64,000 nt of DNA from Eledone cirrhosa (lineage: Eukaryota): the NCBI GenBank assembly GCA_964016885.1, contig OZ024741.1, forward strand, positions 139,252,001-139,316,000, read 5' to 3'. The notes beneath the pieces were generated by a model, which saw nothing but the letters and a program-made list of their open reading frames with translations, made no database searches and was not told the origin of the DNA. A program made the translations under genes and the position numbers. Shown here piece by piece: positions 28,963 to 41,103 of the stretch. Position 1 is the stretch's first letter. Every line of letters begins with the position of its first letter.

Positions 28963-30477
28963 AATCACCTCCTCTTCATGGACAATCTTAGGTTCTTCGG
29001 GAACAGTGAAAAGGTGTTGGATGTGCTTGTTGACACTGTCCGTATTTTCAGCAATGATATATGTATGCCGTTTGGTATTAGTAAGTGTGGAGTACTAGTG
29101 ATGAAGAGGGGTAAATTGAGCAGAAGCAACGGAATCCAGGTACCAACAGGTGAGATGATAAAGGAAATTGAAACTAAAGGGGAATACACATATTTAGGTG
29201 TTCTGGAGGCAGATGACATCAATAACAAAAGAAATAGAAGCAATTGATAACATCTGAGTAGATTCGTAGAGTAAGGAGCGTATCAACATCACATCTGAAC
29301 AGTAGGAATGCCATAAGTGCGGGTTGATTACCGAGCTGTAAAGTGCGGTAATTCTGAAATGGAATGTTGCTGAACAAAAAGAAATGGGTAGGAAGACTAG
29401 GAAGCTATTGACTATCTACACCATGTTCCACAAGAAGAGTGATGTCGATAGACTCTACTTAAGGAGATCTGAAGGTGGAAGAGGTCTTATCAGCATAGAG
29501 GACTGTGTTCAGATTGAGAAAAACAACCTACACAAATACGTGACTGACAGTAGGGAGTCAATGCTCAATTGTACTGAAGGAGAGGACAATAGACCAGGGG
29601 ATGTCCAAGGAGGAAATGACAACTAGGAGGAAGAGCAACCTTCATGAATAATCCCTTCATTGTACCTTCTTTGAGAAAACTGAATTTAGAGATCTATAGA
29701 CATGGAACTGGTTGAAAAGAGGAGACCTTAAAAAGGCTACAGAAGGAATGCTAATGGCTGCGCAAGAGTAGGCCCTTAAAACGAAGTGGGTGAAACACTA
29801 TATTTACAAGGAGGATGCTAGCCCACTGTGTAGGATATGTGGAGAGAGAGATGAGACTTGGCTCACATTGTATCTGAGTGTAAACATCTAGCCCAGACGC
29901 ACTATAAAGGCTGGAGACATGATGAGATGGGCAGGGTGATCCACTGGCACCTATGCAAAGTAAACAATTTACCACATTCTGAGAAGTGGTATGAGCATAA
30001 GCCAGAGTCGGTGATAGAAACCGATCAGGTGAAGGTGCTGTGGGATTTTAGGATACAGACGGACAAGAAACTGGAACACAATAGACCTGACCTGGTCGTT
30101 TTGGACAAGGAAAAAAGATCGTGCCTGATTGTAGATGTAGCCTTCCTATTCGACACGAGAGTACAAAAGAAGGAGCGGGAGAAAATTAACCGATACCAGG
30201 ACTTAAAGTGGGAGATAAAAAGTATTTGGAACTGCCATGAAATCAGAGTCGTCCCGATTGTCATAGTCGCACTAGGTACTATCTCGAAGAGTTTCCAAGT
30301 ATTGTTAAAGAAAATTGGTCCGCGCCACTTTTTGGAACACTTCAAAAGGCATGCTTGCTGGGAACAGCAAGAACTCTCCGATACGTCCTGAATATCTGAG
30401 GCTGCAGGTAGTCGCTTGATATTCATTTCAACAAACTTTCCAGTTAAATAACATCAATGACTGAGACTCAAAGTACA
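28963..30477 (+). mobile_element. 5'-truncated, degraded R4/Dong-like element (family A relative)
   Basis: HLLFMDNL, YTYLGVLE, RLYLRRSEGGRGL, CCHC, RHD and NRPDLVV RLE motifs; 3' UTR like family A. Confidence 0.9.
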
Positions 30478-30483
30478 ATAATA

Positions 30484-30665
30484 ATTGTTTCTACTTTTGG
30501 CACAAGGCGAGCAATTATTCCCTATGCATTAGTGGTACTATATTTTATCGACCTCGTAAGGATGAAAAGCAAAGTTAACCTTGGCGGGATTTGAACTCAG
30601 ATCATAAAGGGACGTAACGCCGTGCTGCAAAGCATGGCGTCCGACCCTCTACTGATACTGCCAAT
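30484..30665 (-). mobile_element. tRNA-derived SINE (major family)
   Basis: Reverse complement of the 37027/57062 sequence; its tail abuts the Dong 3' end. Confidence 0.85.
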
Positions 30666-31191
30666 CCAAGACCAGAGATTATTAGGTCAGTTACACAAGT
30701 AAATTATAACAGCATTTAATTGGTACTTATTCAATAACAGAAATAGATTCGGATCAAACTTGAATTTTTTATTGCGTGTTATCTTTGAGTATAAAGCCCG
30801 TTTGATTCACAGTTGGAAACAAATCCGTAGCCCCCACCCACATCCACCCCTCCAACTAGAAATTATGTTAGGCAAGCAAGATCTATATTAGATGGATAAG
30901 ATACCTTAAAAAAACAAACAAATCAAAATCATATATACTCATCTATAAAACTTTGAGCCATTTTACTGCGGACATTCTTGCATAACGACTTAAGGGATTT
31001 TAGTGGAATATATATACCTAACTACATGTGTTAGTGTCGCGTATGTTTTTTTAAATATGAATCACATTGAATTTATATCTGGAACAGCCAGATTACGAAA
31101 TATATATATATATAGCGAAGGAAAAGTGGTAAGGAACCAGGTGGACCATAACGCACCAAAGTACTCAATACTTAGGGTAGTAGAGTGGGTA

Positions 31192-31304
31192 ATAGGAGTA
31201 AGTAAGACCCCGACGGCTGAGCTCAAGCCGTTTCGACGGCTAATTCTGTACTGAATTAGCCGTTGAAACGGCTTGAGCTCAGCCGTCGGGGTCTTACTTA
31301 CTCC

Positions 31305-31307
<3 letters not shown>
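31192..31307. repeat. 55-bp-arm palindrome containing the 3' half of a hammerhead motif in each arm
   Basis: Arms 31192-31246 / 31253-31307, 1 mismatch; GAAA-CGGCT-tgagctc-AGCCG-TC. Confidence 0.85.
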
Positions 31308-31342
<35 letters not shown>

Positions 31343-31354
31343 CGTGTGTGTGTG

Positions 31355-32004
31355 TGTAGAAATAAACACAGTAAATTGTGTCTAAAATTACGAGGATAGA
31401 AGTACAGGTTGGTTTGAAGAATTTAACCTGATGCAAACGAAATATATTGAATATATAGACAGACCGTCTCAATAACTATTTTATCTCTCAGACAGATTAG
31501 AGATTTAATCTGTTTCGCCCTGAAAATTGTCTAACAGATAATCCGTAGGCTATCCCTAGCAAGAGAAAAGATTAAATGGAACAAGCACATACAACTAAAA
31601 GCCACACGAATAAATATCTTACCTCTTGCGCTGGACATCAGATGGTGTGAGTATACATGCTAAAAACAATAGCCTTAATACACCCAACTTATAAGCTCAC
31701 GTAGTTAGGGAGCCGAAATAAAAATAAAATACAGAGTTACTAACTTATACCCTACAATTAACAAGCTCAAAGCATAAATACTGAGTATTATATAATAATA
31801 TATGTAGAAATAAACGCAGTAAATTGTGTGTTTAAAATTACGAGCGTAGAATTACCACACTGGTTTGATAAATTTAACCAAAAGCAAACGGAAGATACAG
31901 CCCGTCTCTATACCTATTTCATCACTCGGACAGATTAGAGATTTAATCTGTTTCGTCCTGAAAATTGTGTTTATAACAGATCATTGAAATAGTTATTGAG
32001 ACGG

Positions 32005-32010
<6 letters not shown>
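31355..32010 (-). repeat. Diverged direct repeat pair (about 31355-31540 / 31803-31981) plus a short inverted copy; each carries a GAAAC-stem III-GTC half-hammerhead
   Basis: Minus strand GAAAC-AGATTA-aatctc-TAATCT-GTC at 31491-31516 and 31929-31954. Confidence 0.65.
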
Positions 32011-32040
<30 letters not shown>

Positions 32041-32125
32041 TAATAATAAATTTGAAGACTAAAATCCAAAGAAGCCTCGATAAGATTCTTTGCCTACGAT
32101 TCTTATAAATTTGATATATATGTAT

Positions 32126-32206
<81 letters not shown>

Positions 32207-32239
32207 TATATAAATATATATCAAATTTATAAGAATCGT

Positions 32240-32290
32240 AGTTTCAGAAGATCTCGTTAAGGGTGAAAGCAGCGATTCTTTGCTCAAACT
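32240..32290 (+). ncRNA. U4A hammerhead motif copy 2 (CUC triplet)
   Basis: AGTTT-CAGAAGA-tctcgttaagggt-GAA-AGCA..TGCT-C-AAACT. Confidence 0.65.
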
Positions 32291-32306
32291 TTAATCTGTT
32301 ATTTTA

Positions 32307-32369
<63 letters not shown>

Positions 32370-32453
32370 AGAAGGTATATTTAATTTTTTGGGATACAAC
32401 AAGCAAATATTTTTATAACTGATATAAAGCACTCAACAAATTTTTGGAGTAAA

Positions 32454-32730
32454 AATACAATATATTAACAAATGGAAACTATATTTATAAAACCATATTT
32501 ATTTCATTATACATATTTCAAGGACACCAAAGCAAATTATGGTGCGCTTTCAGATAAAATATACATGGTCGCATTTTTTAATGGTTGTCAATATTTGTTT
32601 ATAAAACTGATCTATATTATATTTTATCTGATGAAAGCGCACCATAATTTGCTTTGGTGTCCTTGAAATATGTATAATGAAATAAATATGGCTTTATAAA
32701 TATAGTTTCCATTTGTTAATATATTGTATT
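32454..32730. ncRNA. 110-bp-arm fold-back whose right arm holds a canonical type I hammerhead (32622-32682, +)
   Basis: ttttat-CTGATGA-aag..gcacca/tggtgt..ctt-GAAAT-atgt-ATA-atgaaa-(aataaa). The left arm lacks 3 nt of the core. Confidence 0.8.
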
Positions 32731-33289
32731 ATATATATATATATATATATATATAATAAATGTAATCTGAGTTTTCGAACATTAATAATAACATTCGATT
32801 CGTTTGCAATTATGCAATCAATGCAAACAAGCCTCAATTTTATAACCATGTCAGTAGAATGAACACTTCATTCTTGCTCTTATGTTGGCATGTGAACAGA
32901 ACTGCAGACAGTAATGTTTCTGGGTCTCCCCTTCATCAGTACAGCTCACTGTTCACCTGTCAAACTGTCAGAGCTAGCGATAATATATGCTATTTTCAAA
33001 AATACACAGTGATTGATCTGCCTGATTTGCATATTAACCGACTGACTGGTCAGTCAGATCTGCATATAGCAGATCCACTGATCAGCCAGATTTGCATATT
33101 AGCAGACTGGCCAGTCAGTTTCCTGTATACGAGTGATAAATGGCCGGCTTTGCCAAATTGAATAAATAGAATGTTATTATCAATATTCGAAAAGCTCAGA
33201 TCACATTTATTGTATTCAGCCATGTAGAGCGAAATTTTCCATTTTATTATACGTATATGTATATGGGACCACTTCTTTTCATCATCTGT

Positions 33290-34272
33290 ATTAATGACAT
33301 TACTGACACCATAAAGCACAGCAAAATAAGAATCTGTGCAGCTGATTGCAAGCTCCAATGATTCCATCTCATCAATGAGGTGGGTGACCGGACATGCCTT
33401 CAGTCAGACCTACTAGCTGTTATCCAATGGGCAGAAAAGAACAATATGCTGCTGAATGAGGATAAGTTCGAGTTAATCAAATTTGGAAAACAGGATGCCC
33501 TGGAACTCCCATACTCTCTTCCTTCAGGTGAAACTATCGTCGCATCCAACATCAGAGACTTTGGAGTAATTGTGAATAACAACATAGGCTGGGCCACTCA
33601 TATAAACAGAAAAGTTAACATGAGCCGCAGAATGTGCTCCTGGATTCTCAGAACCTTTCAGTCGAGAGATATCCAGGCTGTTATCCTTCTCTTCTCCACT
33701 TTTGCCCGACCCCACCTTGAATAGTGTTGTCCACTGTGGTCTCCCCACACGAAACGAAGTTTCATGAAAGCTGAAGCATCTCAAAGGTCAATTGCAAAAA
33801 GGATAGATGGCATGACAGGCCTTGACTGTTGGAGTCGATTAGAAAAGCTCAACCGTTATCCTCTCCAACGTCACCGTGAGCGCAACATGATCTGCATTGT
33901 TGGCATCACCTTTAAGGTACACCTAAGGCTTCAGCCCCGTGCTATCCGCCCACGACTAAAATCTTACTCGTATCGCATAACAACACAAGGGAACAATTAT
34001 TTCACCTCAATTGGTCCCGCTCTCTTTAACATTACAGCAAAACACATTAAAATGGAAACAAACCCCATAAAGTTCAAGAAGTCTTTGGACAAATTCCATC
34101 AAGAAATCCCGCATAAACCTCCTACACCCGGATATGCCCTCGTAAACAATAACTCTCTACTTGAGTGGGCCCTCGTGCCCAACTCCTTATTTGAAAGACA
34201 TCGCCACATGGTGCTATTAAGTTAGAGATGGACTGGGCTAATACTGGCCGAAACCTATCAAAGTTATCAAAG
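33290..34272 (+). mobile_element. 5'-truncated CR1-group LINE (RT C-terminus and 3' end)
   Basis: INDI...ICAADCKL, LQSDLLAVIQWAEKNNMLLNEDKFELI, RDFGV, RPHLE*CCPLWSP; tail tatcaaag x2. Confidence 0.85.
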
Positions 34273-36083
34273 CTATATATGTATATGTATATATATATGT
34301 ATGTATATAGATATTCGATATTCAATTATAGGATACTAATTTGAATAATATAATTCATTTATATGCGCCACTCAACGTAACATTCCGAACACTGAGTAAA
34401 AAGACGGAATTTAGATAAGTCGTTCATCATTTCCCAAATTATCTGAAAATGACATACAGTAATTTTTCTCTCGAAATATTGTAACGAAATACTTCATGAA
34501 TAAATATTAATGCGTATATTTATTTAAATATATGTAGCAGAGGTGTATATTAAAAATATACAATATCTCAAAATAACTCTGATATATAACATACATTATA
34601 AATCTAACGTATTCGTATTCTATATTGTAGCTACATAATAATAAGACTGATTTGATTCTATTTTAATTTCTAATATCTAAAAAGAGAATTTCTGAATGAT
34701 CGTTTATACAAACAGTATGCCTGTCTAGATTTTAGTAAGTGCTAACACTTCATTATCATCATCTACTTAACATTATCGACGTTGTCTTCATCCGTTGTGA
34801 AATACTACTTTTGCAATTTCTACTTATTTATCTAACTACATATCTATCTACGAGTCATCTTCCTTTCTAACTACATACCTATCTACGAGTCATCTTCCTA
34901 AATTTTAATCATCCGTCTATCTTTCTATTCACCTTTGTAATTATTTAACAATATATCCACCTTTTTGTTTGTCTATCTATCTTCTTACTATATTCTCTTT
35001 ATATTTCTATGTATATGTACATGAATCATCATCATCATTATTATCACCATCTCTCTCCCTCAGAATCTATAAATATCCAATTACCAGATATTGATAAAAT
35101 GATAACATTGCTCTGTATTCATTATATTAAAAACAATTTATCTTTGTTTTTCGCCTACGTTCACCGCAAGGAATTCTCCAGTAGGAAAGTAGAAATACAA
35201 TCATATTTTATATGAAAATGTTATTCATGAAGAATAATTAAATTTCTAGTGAATTAAATGATATCTATTCAAAAAGGTCAAGTATTGGTAAAGAAGAAAA
35301 CAAAAGTAGATTATGATCTTGTTCCTATCTCCGTGATGTTAAGAGAAATCTTTGGCAAGCTTACCCAACCTTTAGCTATGAAATATATCTCTGTTAAGGA
35401 GATATATTTCCATTACAAGCAAAACTAACCAACACCGCTGAAATTTGGCAAGCCTACCCAAAAGGCAACTCAATGTTACCTCAATAGCAATCCCTGACAA
35501 AACTACCCAACTGGCATCTCTAAAATCTATTTAAAGTTTAGCAATCACATTTCATGTCAGACCTATCCAACCAATATCCCTGCAATATCAAAGATCTATT
35601 TTAAGCTAATTGCATTCTTCGGTAAATCTAGCCAACCCACATCGAAAAATAATATGATAATAGCAATAACTATTAAATTCTTCAAGGACAAGAATGCTTT
35701 CTCATTTCCGGAGTTTATTTCATAAAATAATAACTTCATCTGAAATCAATTACATATTCTATAACCAGACACAAACGAATTTTTAGTGAAGTGTAATAAT
35801 AATGAAATTTGATGCCGAATAAAGCATAGACAGAAAATATTTATTTTACAGACTACTGATATGATATTAAGAACACATACAGGAATGGCTGTGTAGTTAT
35901 GTATTTCATTGTGCAAACACGTTGTTTCCGAATTTTACTATAACACCGGGTTGACCAGTGACATGTTACCGAATTTCGTGAACGGCATCAGCTGAACCCC
36001 ACGTATACACACATATACACATCTCCAACCTCATTCCACTTCCATCCCGCCCATCCCCTCAATCTATTTTATTTCTCATTCTC

Positions 36084-36119
36084 TCTTCTGAGGAAGGATT
36101 AGCGTCCGAAACGTTAAGA
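36084..36119 (+). ncRNA. Minimal type I hammerhead motif (Penelope-type, palindromic stem III)
   Basis: tctt-CTGAGGA-a-gga(ttagcg)tcc-GAAAC-GTT-aaga. Confidence 0.8.
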
Positions 36120-36354
36120 CCCTCTTCCTGCTATATCAAGTGTTAACCTAATATATACGTTCCATATACTGTACCGATCCTGATGTTATTTCTGCTTACC
36201 TTTTACATACATACACATATATATGTATATATATAGAATTTATGTGGTTTTGTCTTTGCGTGCTATTGTTCTCCACGCTCCACATATGACTTATTATCTT
36301 CGTGTTTTCGTTCATTGCCAGAGAACGTCTCTATGCACCACCTAAGAGAACATT

Positions 36355-36716
36355 AGTCTACGACCTCTTTTATACCATAAACGTGGTTTTGTCTCTGCGC
36401 GTAATTGTTTTTCACCGCTCCTATTAATGACGTATTATTCGTTTTTTCCCGTTCTTTGCCAGCGAACGTTACCACGAACCAAAGTATCGTCTTCCTGTCT
36501 TCCTCCGGTTGCAACGTTTTTTGAAATATCCAGTTCTGCGTTTACAGATTGACTTTGTTAGTTTCAGAAGATCCCGTTAAGGGTGAAAGCAGCGATTCCT
36601 TGCTTAAACTTTAATCTGTTATTTTAATAAATATTTGCTCTACGGTTCTTATATATTTGATATATATTTTCCTTATCGAGCCCTCTTTGGATTTTAGTCT
36701 TCAATTTTATTATTAT

Positions 36717-36720
<4 letters not shown>
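36355..36720 (+). mobile_element. Longest copy of the U4A-hammerhead repeat (motif at 36560-36610), preceded by a diverged partial copy at about 36243-36340
   Basis: Shares sequence with 3125-3395, 60600-60765 and 4690-4750; ends in (TA)n. Confidence 0.75.
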
Positions 36721-36769
<49 letters not shown>

Positions 36770-37026
36770 ACATATAAAACAAGCAAACTTTCGTTTATTC
36801 CATTTAATTGTTGACGATCGTTTCCCTCAGACAAACATCTGGAGATATCGGAGCATATACAATGTTAAAACAAGTAATTACATTCCTAGTTTTATATGTT
36901 GTATTTCTGCTGTGTAATATATCGGATATTTTACATTGAGCTAATTATCTTACTGGTAATTGAGCAATATAAAATATAACTCATTATTATATAGATTATA
37001 TATATGAGTATACATATTATTATTAT

Positions 37027-37205
37027 TGGCAGTATCGGTAGAGGGTCGAACGCCATGCTTTGACGCATAGAGTTACGGTCCTTGCCATTCTGAGTTCAAA
37101 TACCGCCGTGTTAACTTTGCCTTTCATCCTTACGGGGTCGATAAAATAAAGTACTAGTAATGTACTGGGTAATTGCTGGCTTTGTGCCAAAAGTAGAAAC
37201 AATTA
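37027..37205 (+). mobile_element. tRNA-derived SINE with (ATT)n tail
   Basis: tggcagtatcggtagagggtcg...gagttcaaatacc...gaaacaattattatt. Confidence 0.88.
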
Positions 37206-37219
37206 TTATTATTATTATT

Positions 37220-37362
37220 CTTTGAGTCTCAGTCATTGATGTTATTTAACTAGTAAGTTTGTTGTAATGAATATCAAGCCGCTACCTGCAGCCTCAGATA
37301 TTCAGGACGTATCGGAGGGTCCTTGCTGTTCCAAGCAAGCAAGCCTTTTGAAGTGTTCCAAA
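37220..37362 (-). mobile_element. R4/Dong-like family A, extreme 3' fragment
   Basis: 3' UTR plus last codons (TLQKACLLGTARTLRYVLNI). Confidence 0.85.
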
Positions 37363-37379
37363 ATTATTATTATTATTAT

Positions 37380-38103
37380 TACATTCATCTTGCTTTATAT
37401 TCATACGAGTTATCACCAAGGCACAGCCAGTGTCCTCAAGAGACAACAAGGTCCGCCATGTTCAAGAAAGTACATACATACACTCACATGCATCTTCAGG
37501 GGTTTAGACTTGTGATGTACTTATATTGACAGAATCCTCCTTAGTATATGGAGGGTTCCCATTAGTAATAACTTTTGAATTTCTTCTATACGCGGATTTC
37601 ATGGGATTTGCAATTAGACCCCTTACGTATCATTCCTAGAGCGCCTACAACCACTGGTATTGTTTTAATTCTCAATTTCCACATTTTTCAAATTTCTATC
37701 TCCAAGTTTTTATACTTGCTCAATTTTTCAAATGTTTTTATAGATACATTCTTGTCTATTGGAACGGACACATCAATTATCAGGCATACTCTCTTTTTAA
37801 AGTACTTCAGTATTATATCAACTGTATTTGCATCTATTTTTCGATGCAAACGTTCCACAAGATTGAGATGTGATCTTTTTCAAGTACGGGAGGTGGTTGA
37901 TGCTCCCACCAATTCTTTTGATGGGGCAGGTCAAAATGCTTACTCATTATCCAATGTATGTATTGTGCAGTTCTGTCGTGCCTGTTTAGGTGTTCGGTTG
38001 GAGCTATAGGACTGCACATTGAAATTATATGATCAATGGTCTCTGGTTGCTTTTTACATACACGGCATAATGGGTTGCATACATTTTTTATTATGTTGGC
38101 TTG
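37380..38103 (-). mobile_element. R4/Dong-like family B, 3' fragment
   Basis: Matches 39605-40350; RHDRTAQYIHW and KYKNLEIEI motifs. Confidence 0.85.
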
Positions 38104-38134
38104 GTTATTATTATTATTATTATTGTTATTGTTA

Positions 38135-39510
38135 TTCCTTGAATCTCAGTCATTGATGTTGGTTAACTGGAAAGTCCGTTGGATTGAACATCAAGCCACT
38201 ACCTGCAGCCTCAGATATTCAGGACGTATCGGAGGGTTCTTGCCGTTCCAAGCAAGCATGCCTTTTGAAGCGTTCCAAAAAGCGTGAAGGGGCCGATTTT
38301 CTTTAACCATCCCTGGAAACCTTTGGAGATAGTCCCCAGTGCGCCTATGACAATCGGGATCACTTTGACTTCATGGCAGTTCCAAATCCTTTTCACCTCC
38401 CACTTTAGGTCCTGGTATCGGTTAATTTTCTCCCTCTCCTTCTCTTGCACTCTCGTGTCGAACGGGCAGGCCACATCCACAATCAGGCACGATCTTTTTT
38501 CTTTGTCCACAACCACCAGGTCAGGTCTATTGTGTTCCAGTTTTTTGTCCGTCTGTATCCTAAAATCCCACAGCACCTTCACCTGACTGTTCTCCATTAC
38601 CGCCTCTGGCCTATGCTCATACCATTTCTCAGAATGTGGTAGATTGTTTACTTTGCACAGGTGCCAGTGGATCACCCTGCCCATCACATCGTGTCTCCAG
38701 CCCTTATAGTGGGTCTGGGCTAGGTGTTTACACTCGGACACAATGTGAGCCACAGTCTCCTCTCTCTCTCCACAGATCCTGCACAGTGGGCTAGCCTCCT
38801 CCTTGTAGATATGGTGCTTCAACCACTTCGTTTTGAGGGCCTGCTCCTGCGCAGCCATTAGCATTCCTTCTGTAGCCTTTTTGAGGTCTCCTCTTCTCAA
38901 CCAGTTCCATGTCTGTGGATCTCTAAATTCAGTTTTCTCAAAGAAGGTACTATGAAGGGATTTTCCCTTAAGGCTGCTCTTCCTCCTTGATGTTATTTCC
39001 TCCTTGGGTATCCCCTGGCCTACTGTCCCCTCCTTCAGTACAGCTCTGAGCATTGGCTCCTTACTATAGGTCACGTATTTGTATAGGTTGTTTTTCTCCA
39101 TCTGAACACAGTCCTCTATGCTGATAAGACCTCTTCCACCCTCAGATCTCCTTAGGTAGAGTCTATCGACATCACTCCTCTTGTGGAACATGTTGTAGAT
39201 AGTCAATAGCTTCCTAGTCTTCCTATCCATTTCTTTTTGTTCAGCAACATTCCATCTCAGAATTCCCGCACTGTACCTAATAATAGACACAGCTCGGGAA
39301 TTTACTGCGCTTATGGCATTTCTGCTGTTCAGATGTGACTTCAATACGCTCCTTACTCTCCGAATGTATTCAGTTCTTAACAATTCCTTCATTTTTTTGT
39401 TCTTTATGCCATCAGCCTCCAGAACGCCCAAATACTTGTATCCTTCTTCAGAGTCAATTTCCTTTATCATCTCACCTGTTGGTATCTGGATCCCGTTACT
39501 TCTGCTCAAC

Positions 39511-39511
<1 letters not shown>
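38135..39511 (-). mobile_element. R4/Dong-like family A, 5'-truncated, uninterrupted 432-aa ORF (thumb, CCHC, RLE)
   Basis: ORF 38211..39509 is almost identical to the C-terminus of 46313..48700; (TAA)n on both sides. Confidence 0.95.
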
Positions 39512-39604
<93 letters not shown>

Positions 39605-39606
<2 letters not shown>

Positions 39607-40872
39607 AGTTGCATTTATCTTGCTTTATGTCCATACGAGTTATCACCAAGTCACAACCAGTGACCTCAAGAGACAACAAGGTCCGCCATGTTCAAGAAAG
39701 AACATACATACTCACACATGCATCTTTAGTGTTTAGACTTGTGATGTAATTATATTGACAGAATCTTCCTTAGTATATGGGCAGTTCCCATTAGTACTAT
39801 CTTTTGTATTTCTCCTATACGCGGGTTTCCTGGGATTTGCGATAAGTAATCATTAGACCCCTTAGGTATCATTCCCAGAGCGCCTACAACCACTGGTATT
39901 GTTTTAGTTCTCAATTTCCACATTTTTCCAATTTCTATCTCCAGGTCCTTATACTTGCTCAATTTTTCAAATGTTTTTATAGATACATTCTTGTCTATTG
40001 GAACAGACATATCAATTAGCAGGCATACCCTCTTTTTCAAGTCCTTCAATATTATATCAGGTCTATTTGCATCTATTTTTCGGTCTGTTTGGATGCTAAA
40101 GTTCTACAAGATTGAGATGTGATCTTTTTCAAGTATGGGAGGTGGTTGATGCTCCCACCAATTCTTTTGATGGGGCAGGTCAAAGTGCTTACATTATTAT
40201 CCAATGTATGTATTGTGCAGCTCTGTCATGCCTGTTTAGGCATTCGGTTGGAGCTATAGGACTGCACATTGAAATTATATGGTCAATGGTCTCTGGTTGT
40301 TTTTTGCATACACGGCATAATGGGCTGCATCCATTTTTTATTATGTTGGCTTGGTAATTTTTTGTTGGTAGACACTGATCTTGTGCTGATATAATCAGTC
40401 CTTCAGTCTCCGATTTCAGTCCAGAGGATGCCAACCACTGATGGGTTAAAGTTTTGTCAACATCAGGATTGTTAGCTCGCTCTGGGTATTTTCCATACAG
40501 AGGCTTTTCTTGCCATTTCTTAGCCAGTTTCTGTAGCAGTTCTTTCTTTGCAGTTACTTTTACCTGCTTTGCTTTTTCAGTGGTTTTCATTTCAGCAGTA
40601 AATGGGACTTCTGAAATTTGTAGTTCATTACTTTATCTTTGTGCAGCATTTATATTGTAATATGATCTGTTCATGCTTTCAAGTTTTAAAAGGAGTTTGG
40701 TCATCCAATCACGTGATTCCCTTAGATATGTAGATAATCCAATTGTTGCAGTTTTCAAAGCAATATCTAACTGGATTAATTCCGTCCTCATTCTTTCCTA
40801 GGGAGATATATTCTATCTGTATATTCCTTAGGGTGATGCAATCTGTGCATGGTTAAGAATATTCTAATTTTT
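39605..40872 (-). mobile_element. R4/Dong-like family B, 5'-truncated
   Basis: ETEGLIISAQDQ, CRVC..ETIDHIISMC, RHD, NRPDII, EKLSKYKDL, IPVVVGALG. Confidence 0.92.
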
Positions 40873-40894
40873 TATTATTATTAATTTTATTATT

Positions 40895-41082
40895 GGTGGA
40901 TTGGCAGTGGATTGGCAGTATCGATAGAGGGTCGGACGCCATGCTTTCCAAGATAGTTACGTCCATTTACGATCTGAGTTCAAATCCCGCCGAGGTTGAC
41001 TTTGCCTTTCATCCTTACGGGGTCGATAAAGTACCAGTAATGCACTGGGTAATTGCCGTCCTTGTGCCTCAAGTGGAAACAA
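40895..41082 (+). mobile_element. tRNA-derived SINE with (ATT)n tail
   Basis: B box gagttcaaatccc; same family as 37027. Confidence 0.88.
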
Positions 41083-41103
41083 TTATTAATTTTATTATTA
41101 TTG

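Noticed and set aside
35345-35645. CRISPR-like repeat-spacer interpretation
   Set aside because: Repeats are too diverged and irregular, there are no cas genes, and the context is eukaryotic
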